64,000 bases of DNA, taken from the NCBI GenBank assembly GCA_020536535.1, contig JAHLWZ010000427.1, positions 1 through 64,000 of the forward strand, read 5' to 3'. The notes beneath the pieces are model-generated. The model was not told the DNA's origin and ran no database searches. It saw only the letters and a program-made list of their open reading frames with translations. Below are positions 23,901-38,011 of this stretch, piece after piece (the stretch's first letter is position 1; each line of letters opens with the position of its first letter). Source of the DNA: Pelomyxa schiedti. Taxonomy: Eukaryota > Protista > Evosea. Made by a program: the position numbers and the translations under genes.

Positions 23901-24884
23901 AATGACAATTCTCACAATGAGTACTCCGATTCGGAATTTATTGCCAGTGTACTCAACTCTCTAGCATCACTGAAAATACATGGTAGAGGAGAGACTCGGA
24001 GCATTGAAAAACAAGCAAGGAGGTTTCTGGAGATTGATAGAATATTGCCATCAAAGGAAAATGTAGTTACATGTGCATGCTTGGGTGCTTTGTCGTCTCT
24101 TCAGGCAGAGGGGCAGAGCCCCCCGGACTTGAATTTCTTCTGGGACTATGCAAGATATCAGTAAGATTCGCCAAGGAATCCTAAATTTAAATAAATTGAA
24201 ATCAGTCTCAAGTCATTTACTAAGTGGTCTATTCACAGATCCCCCAGTATTCGGGCCAAAGCTCTCCAGTGCATTGCACAACTCGCTTTGCAAGATCAAT
24301 TTGGGAAACTTCTCTTAGCCATTCAAAGTGACACATCTGCAAAGGTGCAACTATTACTGGTGGAGTACCTCATAAGCATCCCCCGGGACCAGTTTAAACC
24401 CTTCGCAACGAAGAGTATAGCCAACCAGACACTGGTAAACACTATGTGGGAAATGATGTGCAATTGCCCCGATTACCTGCTGCGGTCATATCTACTTAAA
24501 CTTTACAAACATGTATGCACTTCTCATTTTCCGCATTTGGATTTGTTCTCACGACAGGAAAACAAAACAAAACAAAACAAAAAAAAACAAAAAAAAAAGA
24601 TATGGGGAGTTGGGACACCACAGCCAGTTTTCAAGCAAGACGTCCCAGCACTGTCACAAGTGAAACAATTTCTTCAATTTGGGAGAAAAAACACCGAGTA
24701 CGGGTTCGTTGTTAAACCAGCATCAATGATTCCAGACACACTAGACTCCACACTACCCCCACCACCTCTCATCCCACTCCAGCAGTCACTCTCTACATCC
24801 TCAACCAAGATACACATCCGCACAACTGGGACCACACCCACCATAATGGAAGATCAGAGCGTTGATGAAGTTGCGAGGTTCTGA
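20978..24884 (+). CDS. TAF2: Transcription initiation factor TFIID subunit 2 (aminopeptidase-like fold), multi-exon
   Basis: CWMPCID, ALAQQWFGSFIS....DLWLLLGI, SPLLWVRIDPEY, E.MWIAQLETDKDVRAQSEA, FWAVRAEAA, PHDFRNFSLYLVKKSIP, NDNSHNEYSD, DRILPS. Confidence 0.93.
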
Positions 24885-25067
24885 ACTCCTTATGGGAATA
24901 TCCACTCTCTCCCAGTTGAACACACTAAGGTAAAACACAACTCTCATGCCACTGCCAAACAAAAAAAAAAAAGAAAAGGAAAAGCACGTAATAAATCCTA
25001 TTTGCAGTGTCTTTTATGACACTATTTGGTTGGCATACACTTTGAGTTTCTTTGCGTTTTGTGTTTC

Positions 25068-28050
25068 TTACTGGAAGATGAAGTGAAGGTTTGATGGTGC
25101 CAAGGAATGAAGATTGAGAGTGACGGTCATATTCCATGTACCCGGTTCAGCAACTGCGGGTGCTTCGCACTGGACTTCCGTTTCTGAAATAAAGTAGCCA
25201 AATCCGGCTAGTTTGCCCTCTGTCTCGGAGTTCCACCAGACACCTTATTTTCGTGAATACAGGATAGGATTAAAGGGTTGAAATCATACAAGCAAGGCAA
25301 TCATAGTCAAAACCACTGATTGGGCTGCATGGTCCCTTGAAGGCCTGGAAACCCTCACCCTTGACTGAAACCATGTAACCACCAGTTATGGACCCATAGC
25401 CGGGCTGAAGGTAGTCCAACTTGGGTTGGTCTGAAGAGTTTGGGGTTAAAGGAGTAAAATGCTGTTATGTCTCACCATAGAAGAGGATGTTCATTGGAAG
25501 AGACCAGTCAGCGTCCTGAACTGGGGTAGTAACGAAATTCGGGTCGCTTGCAATGGCATAATTAACGGTTCTTTCGGTGCCTTGGAAGGCTGGAAGTTCG
25601 ATCCCGGCATATTGGTTCCAACCAGATGTTGTTCCGTAATAGGTAAAGGGGTGAGTTGTTTGGGAGTAAACAGCACCATCGATCTGAAAGAAGTTGTCCA
25701 GTAAGGAAGAGAAAATACTCCTGGCAATACAACCTTCATATAAGTCGTGCAACCTTCACATCCTGAGGTGTAAATTGCAGTCGTGCCTCCACTCGTTGGA
25801 ATGTAGGAAGGATAGGCACCCCACAAAGTATATTGGGAACCTACGAGGAAATTAACAAAACTAAAGCTCGGTAGGGTATTTACAAGGCTCATCAGTCATG
25901 CCAATTGCACCCAGCAAGCTTTCTTGGTAGAGTTAGAGTACAGAGATGACACCAAGTCGTAAATACCGAGAACAACGCAGTCATCCTGCTCAACATGTTG
26001 GGTAGTATTTTGACCAAATTGGTCAACAAGATAGGCATCATCGAACAGTAAGTCTTGGCAAGCCATTTTAAGATGTGTTGCGTATTCAGAGAAAGTTTCA
26101 GAGGATGTCTGATACTCGTATTTTGCTTGGAAGAAAATATGCCATGCCTAGTGAACCGTCACAACAATATAGCCCGTTGAAAAACTACTTTTAGAAGTCC
26201 AATTCCGTTGAACAGAGGACCATGGAAATATCCACCATCGGCCAGTATAGAAAACAAAGCACTAGGAGGACCTCAAAACGACATGAGCACTCGGGATCAC
26301 AACTCAAAACTTACCACAGTTATCGTGAACACCATTCATGTCGTAGGGATAGCATATCAATTCAGAAATAAGCTCAGGGTTGTCGTAGCAAGTGGGATTG
26401 TACAGATCACGCAACCCTGTACTTGGCTTAGTGAAACGGCGCTGGGTACGCTACTACCATCATCAAACATTTCGCAATCATCGCCGCAGATCCATCTCTT
26501 TTCTGTGGCTGTAGTGGTATCCAAGCACTTTCGATCAAGGCTGCGTGGCTCGTAGTATCCTGTGGAAAACAAGTTAGGGAATAGGGAAAAGAACTGTACA
26601 CTTACCACTCCCGTTCCAGAATTGAGAAAAGGTTTCTGCAATAGTATCAGAGAAAGCTTCTTGCAGAGCACCAGACATATATTCATAAACGCCGTTGTCG
26701 AGGCACGATGTAAGAGCGTGTCCGAGTTCGTGAGTAGCAACTAAAAATGTAAGGGGAGTCTTGTTGGTTGGAAGGCGAGTTACTATCAAAGCGAGACAAT
26801 CCAGTGCAAAACCAGGTCATATTATCTTCTGGTGAAAAGTATGCATTGGGGCAAATGAAGTCAACCATGTAGACGTTGCCAATAAGCGCGGAATCTTTGC
26901 GGAAATCAGAGAAAAGAGGAGAAAAAAATAACATGCCTTGGTTGTCAAAGCTAGCCCAGTGGTACATGTTCCACAGAGTTGTGTAGTAAGACCCAGCAGC
27001 ATTCAGGAAGGAAGTTGCTTCGAAATCGTCAACTGGCATAGAGTCACCCTCGACCCAGTATGGGGTGGTAGAAGGGTAGTAACGCACTTCCCTGTTAAAA
27101 TATAAGGAATAGGTAATAAAAGTTACAGATAGTAGGTTACCTGTACATTGAGCCTCGCATAACATCTCTCACACCTAGAACATTTCCTGTATGTGCATCC
27201 ACTAAGAAATTGCTAGGGGGTGAAAAGTCAGAAAGAGTATGATTTGTAAGGACTTGTACTATTTAAAGAACTTGGAGGCTTCTGAGCGAAGCTGGACTTT
27301 GTAGATCAAGTGGTTTTCGCCAATGTAATCTGATGTCATTCCAGTTCGATAAACCGCCAAGGAGATCTTTTCCATTTTCATGTCTAAAAAAAAAAATTAA
27401 CTAAAGGAGAGAAGTCTCCAAAATACCTGTTGGGAAGGTAATTTGTCGGAGGGGTGTAGATTTGGTCATAAGAGAAGCATCGTACAGTGCTCTGCTTATG
27501 GCACTTTCCTCACTCAGTGTTGGGATGTGCTTCAAAGTAATTCTAGAGTTTACATCAATTTCTCTTCTTCTTGAGTAAGGATACAAACCCGTCGACCATC
27601 TTGCACGAAACTTGAACAATTTTGTTGTCCGAGTCGAAAACAGCTTTCATTCCGGCCCCTGTCAATGGTTAACAGAGACATAGAAAAAAATTAATGTAGT
27701 TAATGCCTTCCACAGGAATGCCATGGAATGTCTGTCTGAAAATGACTATTTCTTGGGACCTGTCACCATATATTTTTGGCATCCTGCTAACCACTTCCAA
27801 GTCTCTAACAGTAATATCAGTGAAGTGACCCTGAAGGAACCTAAGGAACAGAAAGTGAGGAACGCAAGCACAAACCTCAAAGGAAAAAATACCATGCCAA
27901 GTTCTGGTCCCTTGTCATAAATGGACACTCGTGTGGTTCCATTCTCACAACCAGAGGTCCATTTGTAGATCTGCTGCGACCAAAGAGTTGTCGTGATTCC
28001 GCACACAACCAAAGGCAAGCCACAACGAAGATGAACCCCAACACCTTCAT
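25068..28050 (-). CDS. Thermolysin-family (M4) metallopeptidase with propeptide and C-terminal IPT/TIG-like domains, multi-exon; 5' end approximate
   Basis: PNAYF, VATHELGHALT, GALQEAFSD, W.CGDD, RSLS.P, NGVHDNCG, GIGLLKAWHIFF.A; FLVDAHTG in the propeptide; LQPGYGSITGGYMVSVKGEGF...ISETEVQCEAP. Confidence 0.88.
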
Positions 28051-28254
28051 CTTTGTTTAACCACTGCGATCTGCTCTTTCTTCTACTGGGTTAAATTAAA
28101 TTTCTTGAAAAAATCTTCTTGCGAAAGAGCGCCGGGTTTTTAAATAGGCCGAAAAAACAAAAAGTTCGTTCGAATTTTTCTTTTGGGGTGATGGTTTTGG
28201 GGTGTATTATTTAAAGTGTTACACAGGGGTTTGATAGGGAAGAATGGTGCCTCG

Positions 28255-30530
28255 TCAATGGACACCTGTCAATTTGGCCTTCTCTTGCTCTATCTTTTCA
28301 CGCAACTGTGATTCTCGTTCCTTCGAATATCCACATAGAGTGACGAGGTTTTTAGAGTTGGCCCGGAGTTGTTGTAGGGCCTGTTGATTGTGTTGGGCAA
28401 GGAGGGACAGTTTATCTGTGGAACAGTCATTAGACAAATCAAATGCGTCATTTTGAGGTTGGAACCTTGAAGTGTTTGCAAGCGAGATAAAGTTGGATTT
28501 TCTGTCAAGAGACTTGATACCTCTTTTGCTTTAGTGGCACACTGTTCAAGTATTTCTTTCTCCTACTATGTGGTTGGCTTGGTTTTCTTGGTGAGTAATA
28601 CCTTGACCGGTATATCGGATTTTCGAGTAGAATTTAGGCGTTCCTGTTCGTGAGTGCGTTCCAATTGCATAATTTTTTCATATTGCTGCTGAAGGTCCAA
28701 ATTGGCTAGAGTAATTAGAGGAGAAAAATGAGTTGAAAGAGAAACCCTTTTGAAGACTTGCATTGAGGGTGTCAATACGATTCTTTTGGGCTGTGTCGCG
28801 TTCTCGGAAAGTCCTGAGAGTGCTTAGTGGGGAAAATCGTACAAAACAAAATACTTCTCAACTTCCTGAAAATGCACATGCCAGTCAATAGATTTCTCTT
28901 TCCCCTTTTTGGGTTTCTTTGGCAGATTTGCTGATTTGGTTGTTTCAAGAACTGAATTATATTTTGTGCGCCAGCTAATCTCTGCAGTCCTCGCCGCTTT
29001 TGCCTATTTACAGTGTCACCTTTGTGTTAACTAAGTAAACGCAACCTCCGTATCAATATCTTGAATTTGGGTGGTGGTTGCTTTGATAAATTGCGTCATC
29101 AGTGCTTTCCAAGCCGGATCAGATGACTGTGTGTCAAGGGGTGTAGTGGCAGTGGCTAGTATTGCGGCTGCAACAGTGGACATTATAATAGAAGGGGATA
29201 CCCCTGCAGAAGGTGTACCTTGGGTAGTTGGAGGCAGCAAATTACCTGCACTTGGTCTTTGCGTGGATGCTGCAATGCGTTGTGGTTGCTCTGCAGTAGG
29301 CATAGGTGTTGTAAGAAGGGATTGTGCACTGGTCCTCTGTGTTGTTGCGCCAATTCGCTGTGGCTCGCTCGGTGGCATCAGTGGAGATTGGGGAGGGGGA
29401 ATAGACGGGGCAGCAATGTCATCGACTGGGGGAGGTGGATCAATTGAAGTAGGAGCGGGCGGTTGAATCGGTGTTGCACAGTGCTCAGGTTCCATAAGTG
29501 TGGAAGGTGTTGCATTTGTGCTGGATGGAGGCGGTGCTAAGCTTGTCACTGGTGGGGTTGGTGCAACTTTTACTGGTATTTCAGCAGCTGGTGGGGGGAT
29601 GAGATCAAGTGGAAGTTGGTCTGGTGGTGGCAAAGGAGGGAGAGTTTCATCCTTGGTTCCTGGGAGCGGTGGAGGTGGAGTGGCTGAATCAACGGCATTG
29701 TCAGGATAATTTGAGGAGTCAGCTGGTGGTGTGCCTTTACATCATGAGATTATTTCACATAAAAACTATGAAAGGAAAAAAGCAATAACAACAAAAAAAG
29801 AGAGAAGAAATATTCAGGTAGTAACTAACCTGGGACTCCCTCTGAACCTGAAATTGGGATTTAAAAAAAAAATCACTTCAGAGCCAACAAACCATCAATA
29901 AATTGTAAATAGTTCTTAGGGAAGAAGCCAACAGACTTTTTGTGGCTAACCAACCACCAGTCAGGAGATGACCAGTCCAGTACGTTGACTACGGTTCCTT
30001 CTTCAAGAAGAAGTCTTCCATCACCTTTTGGGTTTTTCACCATTGAGGGTGAAAACAGAGAGTATACCAGGTTCTGTAAAAGAAAAAAGAACATTGGCTG
30101 GTCTTGCTTCCAGTGCCTCCACAAAGGCCGCAGGGAAAAATCCTACCTGTTACGTTTCTTCAAGGTTACAAAAAGAAAACCAGAAGAATTGCACCTTTCC
30201 ATTGAGGTCTCCTTGCCACCACTCATCATCAACTTGTTTTTATTGAATCACAGAGGGAAAAAAAGGTAAAAGCTAAAAAAAAAGCACCTTTGCAGTGGAG
30301 AATAATGAGGTCGTCCGGCTTTATATGAAGCACGTTCGGGCCTTGAAAAAGATAGTTACATAGAGTCCCTTAAATGAAAATGGTTTGCAAACCATCTGAT
30401 GCGTACTCAAAGAGAACTCGATACAATTGTGCTGTTTGACACATTGTCAGCAAATACGGAGTATTGAGACTAAACTAAAAAAAAAAAACTCACGAGTGAA
30501 GTCTTCACCAAGCTGGACAACCCCAGCCAT
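28255..30530 (-). CDS. Double-SH3, proline-rich, coiled-coil adaptor protein, multi-exon
   Basis: GLYNYLFQGPNVLHIKPDDLI...EWWQGDLNGK; LLLEEGTVVNVLDWSSPDWWLVSHKKSVGFFPKNYLQ; PxxP-rich middle; C-terminal heptads. Confidence 0.75.
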
Positions 30531-30792
30531 TTTTTTTTGTTCCTTTCTTTCTGTTTCTGGTAACAACTTTCGATACGAAAAAAGCCTGGCCAAGAACGAA
30601 AAGACAGCCTGAGGGGTCTCAGGATGCCAGAGAAAAAGCACCAATTACACAGTGTGGCATCGTTGGGAAGGCAATCTCGAAGACTGCACTCTGGTAGCCC
30701 TGGACTCTGAGACGAAACGGCTTCTCGGAATTGACATCCACTTCTTTCTTTGTTTTCAACTGTTTCAGTTTTGTCTAGAGTCACAACCAACC

Positions 30793-33700
30793 ATGAGCAA
30801 GACCAAGGACAAGGACAAGGACAAAAGTACGACACACACGTCGCCCTCCCATAATCCTAGTTTTCCCGTGCGTTGTTGCTCGTTGTGTCGCCTAACCCCC
30901 GTGTTGTTCCAAAACCCAGAAGCGAGCCAGGTCCCAGAGTCACCCGTCGTCGCTTCGCCCACGGAGAAACCCGACAAATCAGAGAAGAGATTCCTCCGAA
31001 CAACGAAACGAGCCTCTACCAGCGTTCTTACCAGATCCGCCCAGTCCCAACCAGATTCCCAGCCCGCCGTCTCTTCGCCGACAACGACCACCACAACTTC
31101 CACTTCTACGCCGCCAACTTCAACCACAAGTAGCACCCCGAGCACTCCCGGAAATTCCAGCGAAAGTTCCCCTTCCGGCTCCGACCATTCCAGAACAAGC
31201 AGCTCGAATTCCGGCGGGGACCACGGCGACCCAGCCTCAGTAGATATAACACTGACTAAACAGCCCGTTCCTTCTACTTCGCCGACACTCGTGGAACCAA
31301 CCAAGTCAGGATCTGCCACTAGTTCTACAACAGCAACAACAACAACCGTGCCCTGCACGCCCGACACAAAAAACGCCGTGAAGAAGAAGCACTGGTGGTC
31401 CCGAGGAGGCTCCTCGAATGATCCTGGGACTCCGGGGCCTGAATCTACTACAACAATGGCACCTTCCACTCCCGCGCCTGGAACTCCGGGCCCCGACGCG
31501 ACTTCGATGGGCCGGCGGCCGTCTATTCCGCCGCCGATTTCGGTCTCGGCGTCGAGCTCTGGCAGGGAATTGATGCCTTCAAAGGAGGAAGTTGAGAGTC
31601 TCTTTGACAAGTACGTTGTGCAGCTTGGCCTCCTTCCAAAGACAATGGACGTAAATATTTTGCCACTACAGATGAAATGGCAAATGGCAAGTCAAGCTCT
31701 AGGAAAAGCAGAGTACCTCAAAGTGATATCCTTCCTCATTTGTGGTTTGTTTCACTCTAAGAGAAAAAAAAAAAAAACCATCAGAACACTGGAGACTCTG
31801 TTTCTAGTTTTACTATAAAACTTGCTTCTGAGCCATCCCCTGATGTATTGCAACACTTGGCAATCCAGCTCAAAGGCAAACCTTTGGAATGGATTGCAGA
31901 GTATGCCAAAACAATTTCTTTTTTTCTATTAGTGATTGTGAGGACAGATTCATTGAAAAGAAAGGATTACCACTACTTGTTAACAGGCTTATAGCGTCAC
32001 TCTCCTCAATGAAACCGTATTCATCCCTTTTCTCAGTAGCTCTAGTTACTAAAACTCTCCTTTCTGATAGAGTCTCTCCTGAACAAGCAGAATGTGATAA
32101 GTGGACAGTTTTATCATTGCGTGCTTTGATGAACAACAAGCATGGAATGAACGCCTTACTCAATAGCCAAGAAGCTGTGACAGCAATTACTTTCTGTTTG
32201 GCTGCGCCACATCTTCAGCCACAGGTGGAGGAGGTCCTAAAGATACTTATCAGCATTTGTGCAGTTGAAGATGGCAATGGATTGAAGTCCGCAACCAATA
32301 CTATTATTGCTTTTTATTTTTGACTTGGAAAAATAGGTTTGTGTTGATGGCTATGACTGCTTTAAGAGACTTCTTGCATGAAAAGCTTCGCTTCCAGCAT
32401 CTAGTGAACTCCATGGCCCGAGCAGATGATTTCGAAATGAAAGCGAAATACCTAGCTTTTATTAATGAGATTATAATGGAAACGCATGATGTTGACAATC
32501 GCGTGTCTCTTAGACGTGAATTCATTTCTGTAGGATTGCAGGCAGCAATTTCTGTACGGCGATACTTGACTACAAAAGAATTTTGACTTTTCTAGGCTTC
32601 CAGCCAGAAGGCCAAGGTCACTCCATTTCGAGAAGATTGTTCCAAATTCCTTACGCAAGTGGATGCTTTTAATGAGTGTAATGAGCTTGATGACCAAATT
32701 CTTCATCAGAGATTGTCAGCTCTATTTTGGGGTGTGGACCCAAGTGTGGACTTAACGTACTTCCAGCTTTTTTTCTTTGTTTTTTTTTTTTAAATTCGTC
32801 CTAGTGATAAGCAGGCGGTTTTCGAGGCACTATCCAAAAATATGCATGGGTTCAGAATGGATAAATCATTACTCGAAATTCTTGTAAACATGTACCTTTT
32901 GACATTGGCCAAAGATTCCAAGTATGCAACCTCTTTCGTTATTGTGGTAGTTTCACCTTTTATTGACAGCATTTACAAATTGTTCATGTGTGAACATGCA
33001 ATAAGGGAAATTACTCAATCACAGACTCTTGCAAAAGAAGTTGATTACAGAGCAGGTTTTTTTTTCCTTTTCTATCTTGATTATCTTAATCCCCGAAAAG
33101 CCAACATTACAGCTGTTACTCTTGTTGCCCCACAGAATCGACTACAGGAGTCTCTCGCATTGGCACACGCGTTGCAGGGCCAATTAACAACACTTCAGTC
33201 AGCGATATCAGTACCAACTTCGCCGGTTGCATCCTCCTCACATGTTTCCCATTCAACACAACAGTCAGCCTCCGCTACTTCCAGTAGCCCCAACGCTGAA
33301 AGTAGTGATCCTGTCGCTCTACTGCATCTACTCTGTTCAACAGTTTCTGCACTTGAAGCTGACCTAACCAAGCAAACTGTTCTTCAAGCTTCTCAATTTG
33401 ATGTGTTTCTTCAGGAAATGGTTAAAATGTATCCACCCTCCACTTCTTTACCTCCCATTATACAAAAGGCCACAGTAGGTACAGAGGAACTTTATGTATT
33501 TTATCTAACTCTACAAAGGTGTTCCAGTTTCTGCCGCAGTCTCAACCCCAACTCCTCCAGATTCAACCAGCACGCCCACGAGCGCACCTCCGACCAATGA
33601 CTCCGACTCCAGTACAACACCCACTACCTCTGACAGTAGTGCCACTACCTCTGCAGTGCAAGATAGTGAGGCACCTTCAGGTGGGCCTCCTCCACCACCG

Positions 33701-35954
33701 CCCCCTCCACCGCCCCCCGTGCGTCGAGGTGGCATTGTAGTAAAGGCAGGCCCAGAACCAACTCTCCCTCAAGAACCGGTGGAAGCAAGCCCAGCCCCCG
33801 AAGGTGGTGGTCCAGGTGGGCCACCACCGCCGCCACCCCCACCCCCACCTCCACCTGGCCGGCGTGGAGCCAAACTAGCTGCTCCAGAAGAAGGTGGCGA
33901 TTCCCAGGCTCCTGGGGAGGGACCTCCACCTCCCCCACCTCCACCTGGAGGCGGCCCTCCTCCTCCCCCGCCTCCTCCTGGAGCCAGAAGAGGGGCCCCA
34001 ATGGCACCTGCGGTGCGTACTTCACTTAATCTAAACTCCCTCCCAAACACTCAAATAAATATGGTGGTGCTATTTCTTATAAAGTTCAGGGGCCACAACT
34101 GCCTCCTGCAATCAAAAATCTACCAAAGCCTGTCAATCCTTTGAAGGGAATACAGTGGACAAAAGTTCCGCCAAGATCACTTCAAAACACTGTAACATTT
34201 GCATTTATGATTTTCTGAAGACTTACTGCGTGCAGGTATTTGTTCAACTCAAGGATTTCGACCAAGTCAAACTTTCGTTTACTGATATTGAGCAAGAATT
34301 CGGTGCTAAACCGAAATCAGCAGCGTCGGCCCCAACAGAGGCTTCCACTAAGAAAGCCAATATCGTGGAACCCAAGTTGGCTCAGAATATTGGTTAAACA
34401 TCTTACTTCTATATTCCATTATTTGGTTCACCTTCCTCCTAGCTATATCTCTCAAGGGTTTCAAAACTTGCAATCAAGATCAAATTATTGCTGGAATTAA
34501 GAATTTTGATCACACAATTTTCACAGACCCGACTCATGTTACAAGTCTGTTGAAGTGTTTACCTTCCAAGGATGATGTACTTGCCCATTCAAAAAATTCT
34601 GGCCTAATTTTGCTTCAGATTGAGAATCTGAAGACCCACCTAACAACAGCCAGTCCTGACAGCCTTACCCCAGCCGATAAGTTTTGTGTCGATGTATGAA
34701 TGGAAGACTACACATCTTAGCATACATTAAAGAATTGTAGGTTACCAAGATACCCAAAATTGAAGAACGACTGCGTACTATGGCTTTCAAATTGGATTTC
34801 CCCATCAAAGTAGCTGACATTGAACCTGTATGCTACCAGATATTGACCGAGAAGACTCATCACTCCTTAGGCCCTTCGTTCAGTAGAACTGGCATGTACC
34901 CAAGTCCTTGAGAGTGCTAAGTTTAAGAAACTGCTATGCTTAATTCTTGTCTTGGGTAACTTCCTTAATTCGGGTACCCCTCGTGGTGCATGCCCTGCTT
35001 TCAAGCTGAGCACCTTGAATAAGGTAGACCGATGCAAAAGTAACATTTCCTTACATTCTCAGCTTCAAGACACAAAAAATGCTGATGGAAAAATGACCCT
35101 TTTGCATTATATGTGCCAACTGGTTTCAAACACACCTTCATTAAATGACTTGCAAACTCTCAAGCAAGAGCTTTTCGAAACTATCAATGCGTCTTCAGGT
35201 CCATTTATCGATCAAACACCGAATTTAATTGAACTGTACTGCAGTTTCTGGCCAGACATTTGATGCCGATATTGCCGCTCTTGGAAAAGGCATCCGAGAC
35301 GTGGAGAGTCTTGTTGCCGGCCTTGCAACGGAGCCAGCTGAAGAAGGATTTGTTAAAATATTGACGGTATGCTAATGAGGGGCAAATTCTTGTTTTTATC
35401 GGCTGACTTGTTTGTTCACTTTAGGATTTCATGAACTCTGCAAAAGAGACCGTGGAGCGGCTTCGCACTAGCCTCGAAAGGGCAAAGGAGTTGTACAATA
35501 AGGTTCTTGTATTCCTGGGAGAAGACACCGACAAACCAGCTCCTCCAGAGGAATTCTTTTCTCAGTTCAAAACTTTCTTGGCTTCGTATGAGGTATACAG
35601 TCTTTCAACACTAACTACCTTTGTTTTGGTTATTCTTGTAACATCCAAAATTTTGTGCAGCAAGCATTCCTTGAAAACCACCAAGCACAAGAGAAGAAAG
35701 AGAAGGAAGAGCGTTTGAAGAAAGAGAAAGAGAAGCGCCTTGCACAGCGTAGTGCCGCTACCACTTCAAAACAGCCAGAAAATATGGTTGATAATACTGT
35801 AAACGATGTATTGTCTGGGGCCCAAATGACAAAGTTCCGGCAAAGGGCAGGTAATTTCCTTTCCCCATTACATTCTTGTTTGCCACTAACCAAAACAATC
35901 AGCACAACAAAGCCCAAGAGGCCACACCTCTCACAAGGACTGAGTGTATTTTAA
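30793..35954 (+). CDS. Formin (GBD/FH3-FH1-FH2, Diaphanous-related type), multi-exon; 3' end approximate
   Basis: LRALMNNKHGM, RVSLRREF..VGL, polyproline FH1 at 33680-33980, FH2 motifs KLAQNI.I, LGNFLNSGTPRGAC.AFKLSTLNKL.DTK..DGKMTLLHY, FLGED..PEEFFSQFKTFL. Confidence 0.93.
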
Positions 35955-36135
35955 ATAAACCTTTGACTATGTGTATCTATCCTTTTCATTTTTTGGAAAA
36001 CAGTAGAGTACAAGAAACGTCTTTTGTTTTTGTTTGTGTGTTTTCAAGAGAATTGCGAGTCGGTGGGGCTGTGTGGAATTTGAAGTACATCAAGGTCCTC
36101 ATCCAGCTGACGCCGCACTCTATCCGGATCCTATT

Positions 36136-37701
36136 TTAAAAAACAATTAGAGATGGGTGTTTGGATGTGCAGCACTTTACTTTGGAGAAATAGTCTACAA
36201 GTTCATCGTCCAAAGCACGCCCAGTCATGTGTCTTGGTGCATTGCCAGTTTCTTTGTGGTCATCTCTTGGATTCACCATTCTCCTTTGTGGGGCTTCTGA
36301 AGGAAGTGGCAGAAGGCCTCCTTTCTTACCGCGTTTTTGATTGGATCGCCAGGAAGTAGAGGGTAGTGCTGAGTTGAGGCGTTGGGGTACAAGCTGCACA
36401 ACAGGTTGTTGCTGGAGTTGTTGCTGGTTACGGTAAGCAACTACAGCAGGTGTGTGGTTGGATGTCATCATTGGAAGCGCAACTGGAATAGGAACATTGA
36501 GTTGCACAGGAACGGTAACTGGTACTGTCTGCATGATGACTTGTGAAGCACCAGTTGAGGTGGTATATGAAGACGATTGGAACGGCATGGGCAGGAGTGG
36601 GGAGTCAATAAGGATTTTGTTCTGTTATTGTGGCAGGTTGATTGTTGGTAGGAGGTTGGTTAGATATTTATTAGGTATTGGAAAGGAGAAGGTGCAATCC
36701 ATGATGAGGGTATTGCAATGTCAATGCAGTGGATGCAATGAATTGGAAAGTGTAGTTGTGCAGCATGAGAGACAAAGGTCAAGTCCATGAATGTCCCACT
36801 CAGGTGAGTGTTAGTGGAGTGATGCGAAATGTTCTGCATATTATAACTTCAACGGGATGCTTTGCGGAACGCCACTTATCTGTGGCTAGAGAACGTGCAA
36901 ACAGAAAAGGAAAGGCGAAACATTGGAGGGGGAAACTAACCGTTGGTGGTTGAATCAATGGAGGAGTGGGCAAGAGTGCTTCTCCTCTATGTGAAGTTTG
37001 AGTACTGCGCCTAGAACGCACATTGGCGGGGGATGACAATGGACGATCAAGGGCCAAGGTTGGGTTATAACTGCCTGATGAATGCGCACTGGTTCCACTC
37101 CTGCGGGAAGAACCTCTAACATGTGGTGGAGGAAGTGGCAATGTAGGTTGATGCTGAAACGTCCTTGAGTGCTGGGGTAAAGCGGCATATGTCCTCTCAG
37201 GCGTCGGTACTTCGAGTAAATACGATGACGTAGGTGAGTCTCCGGGACTGTCTGTTGACTGGCGTCTGGCAGAGAAAATTGCAGCCTCTCTCCTAGAGCG
37301 GCTGTCACGCTGGAAGGTCTGTCTCGAGCTGCGATGCAGACTTTCGAACCTTTCACTCAAGGTGGGTTGCTCAACTTCGTAGTCCTGCCTGGGGCGATGC
37401 TGTACAACTTCTGTCTGCCTGGTGTCTTGTTGTCTGTAAGACCAAGAGGGGGGGTTGTAACGCGCTGAACTGGAAGGGTAATTTCTTCTGGCAGAGGAGC
37501 TGGGTGCAGTTTGACGCGGATGAGGCTTTTCTGTCTCCACAAAACAAAGCAATTCCTCCCCGTCTTCGAAAATGTCCTCCTCTTTCTTGCCTTTACTCCA
37601 CCAAAGAGAGGAGAAAAAAAGAGTCTGCGCAGCATACCTCCGATTTCACGACCGATAATAAAGCAAGGCTGTTTGGTTCGACGTGCGTCGCGGGACGACA
37701 T
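36136..37701 (-). CDS. Low-complexity R/S/P/Q-rich protein with CHTOP/FOP-like motifs
   Basis: TLSERFESL near the N-terminus; C-terminal TGRALDDELVDYFSK resembles the UAP56-binding LD..LD.Y motif of CHTOP/ALYREF. Confidence 0.5.
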
Positions 37702-38011
37702 CGCGCTATTCGCTTTGTTATTTTATTGTTTTTTTTTATCTTGGTTTTTTCCTTTCCGTTGCTCAGCAGGGGAATGAGATTGGGTTTGATTGGCAGGTGG
37801 TATTTATAGCGCCCAAGCAGATCTTGCTATCGCAATTGAATGATGCAAAACCTGACGTTTAATAATAGAAATGAAGAGCTTGGTATTTTTTTTTTGTTGG
37901 TTTTTTCGCCGGCGTAGTAAACAACCTAAATAATAATTTAATCACGCGATCGGTGGTGTACTCGTGTGCAGAAGGGGAAAGAAAAAAACCTAAGTCAACC
38001 ACAACATCGCC

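Noticed and set aside
33645-34050. G/C-rich repeats, possible G-quadruplex element
   Set aside because: Explained by the formin FH1 polyproline codons
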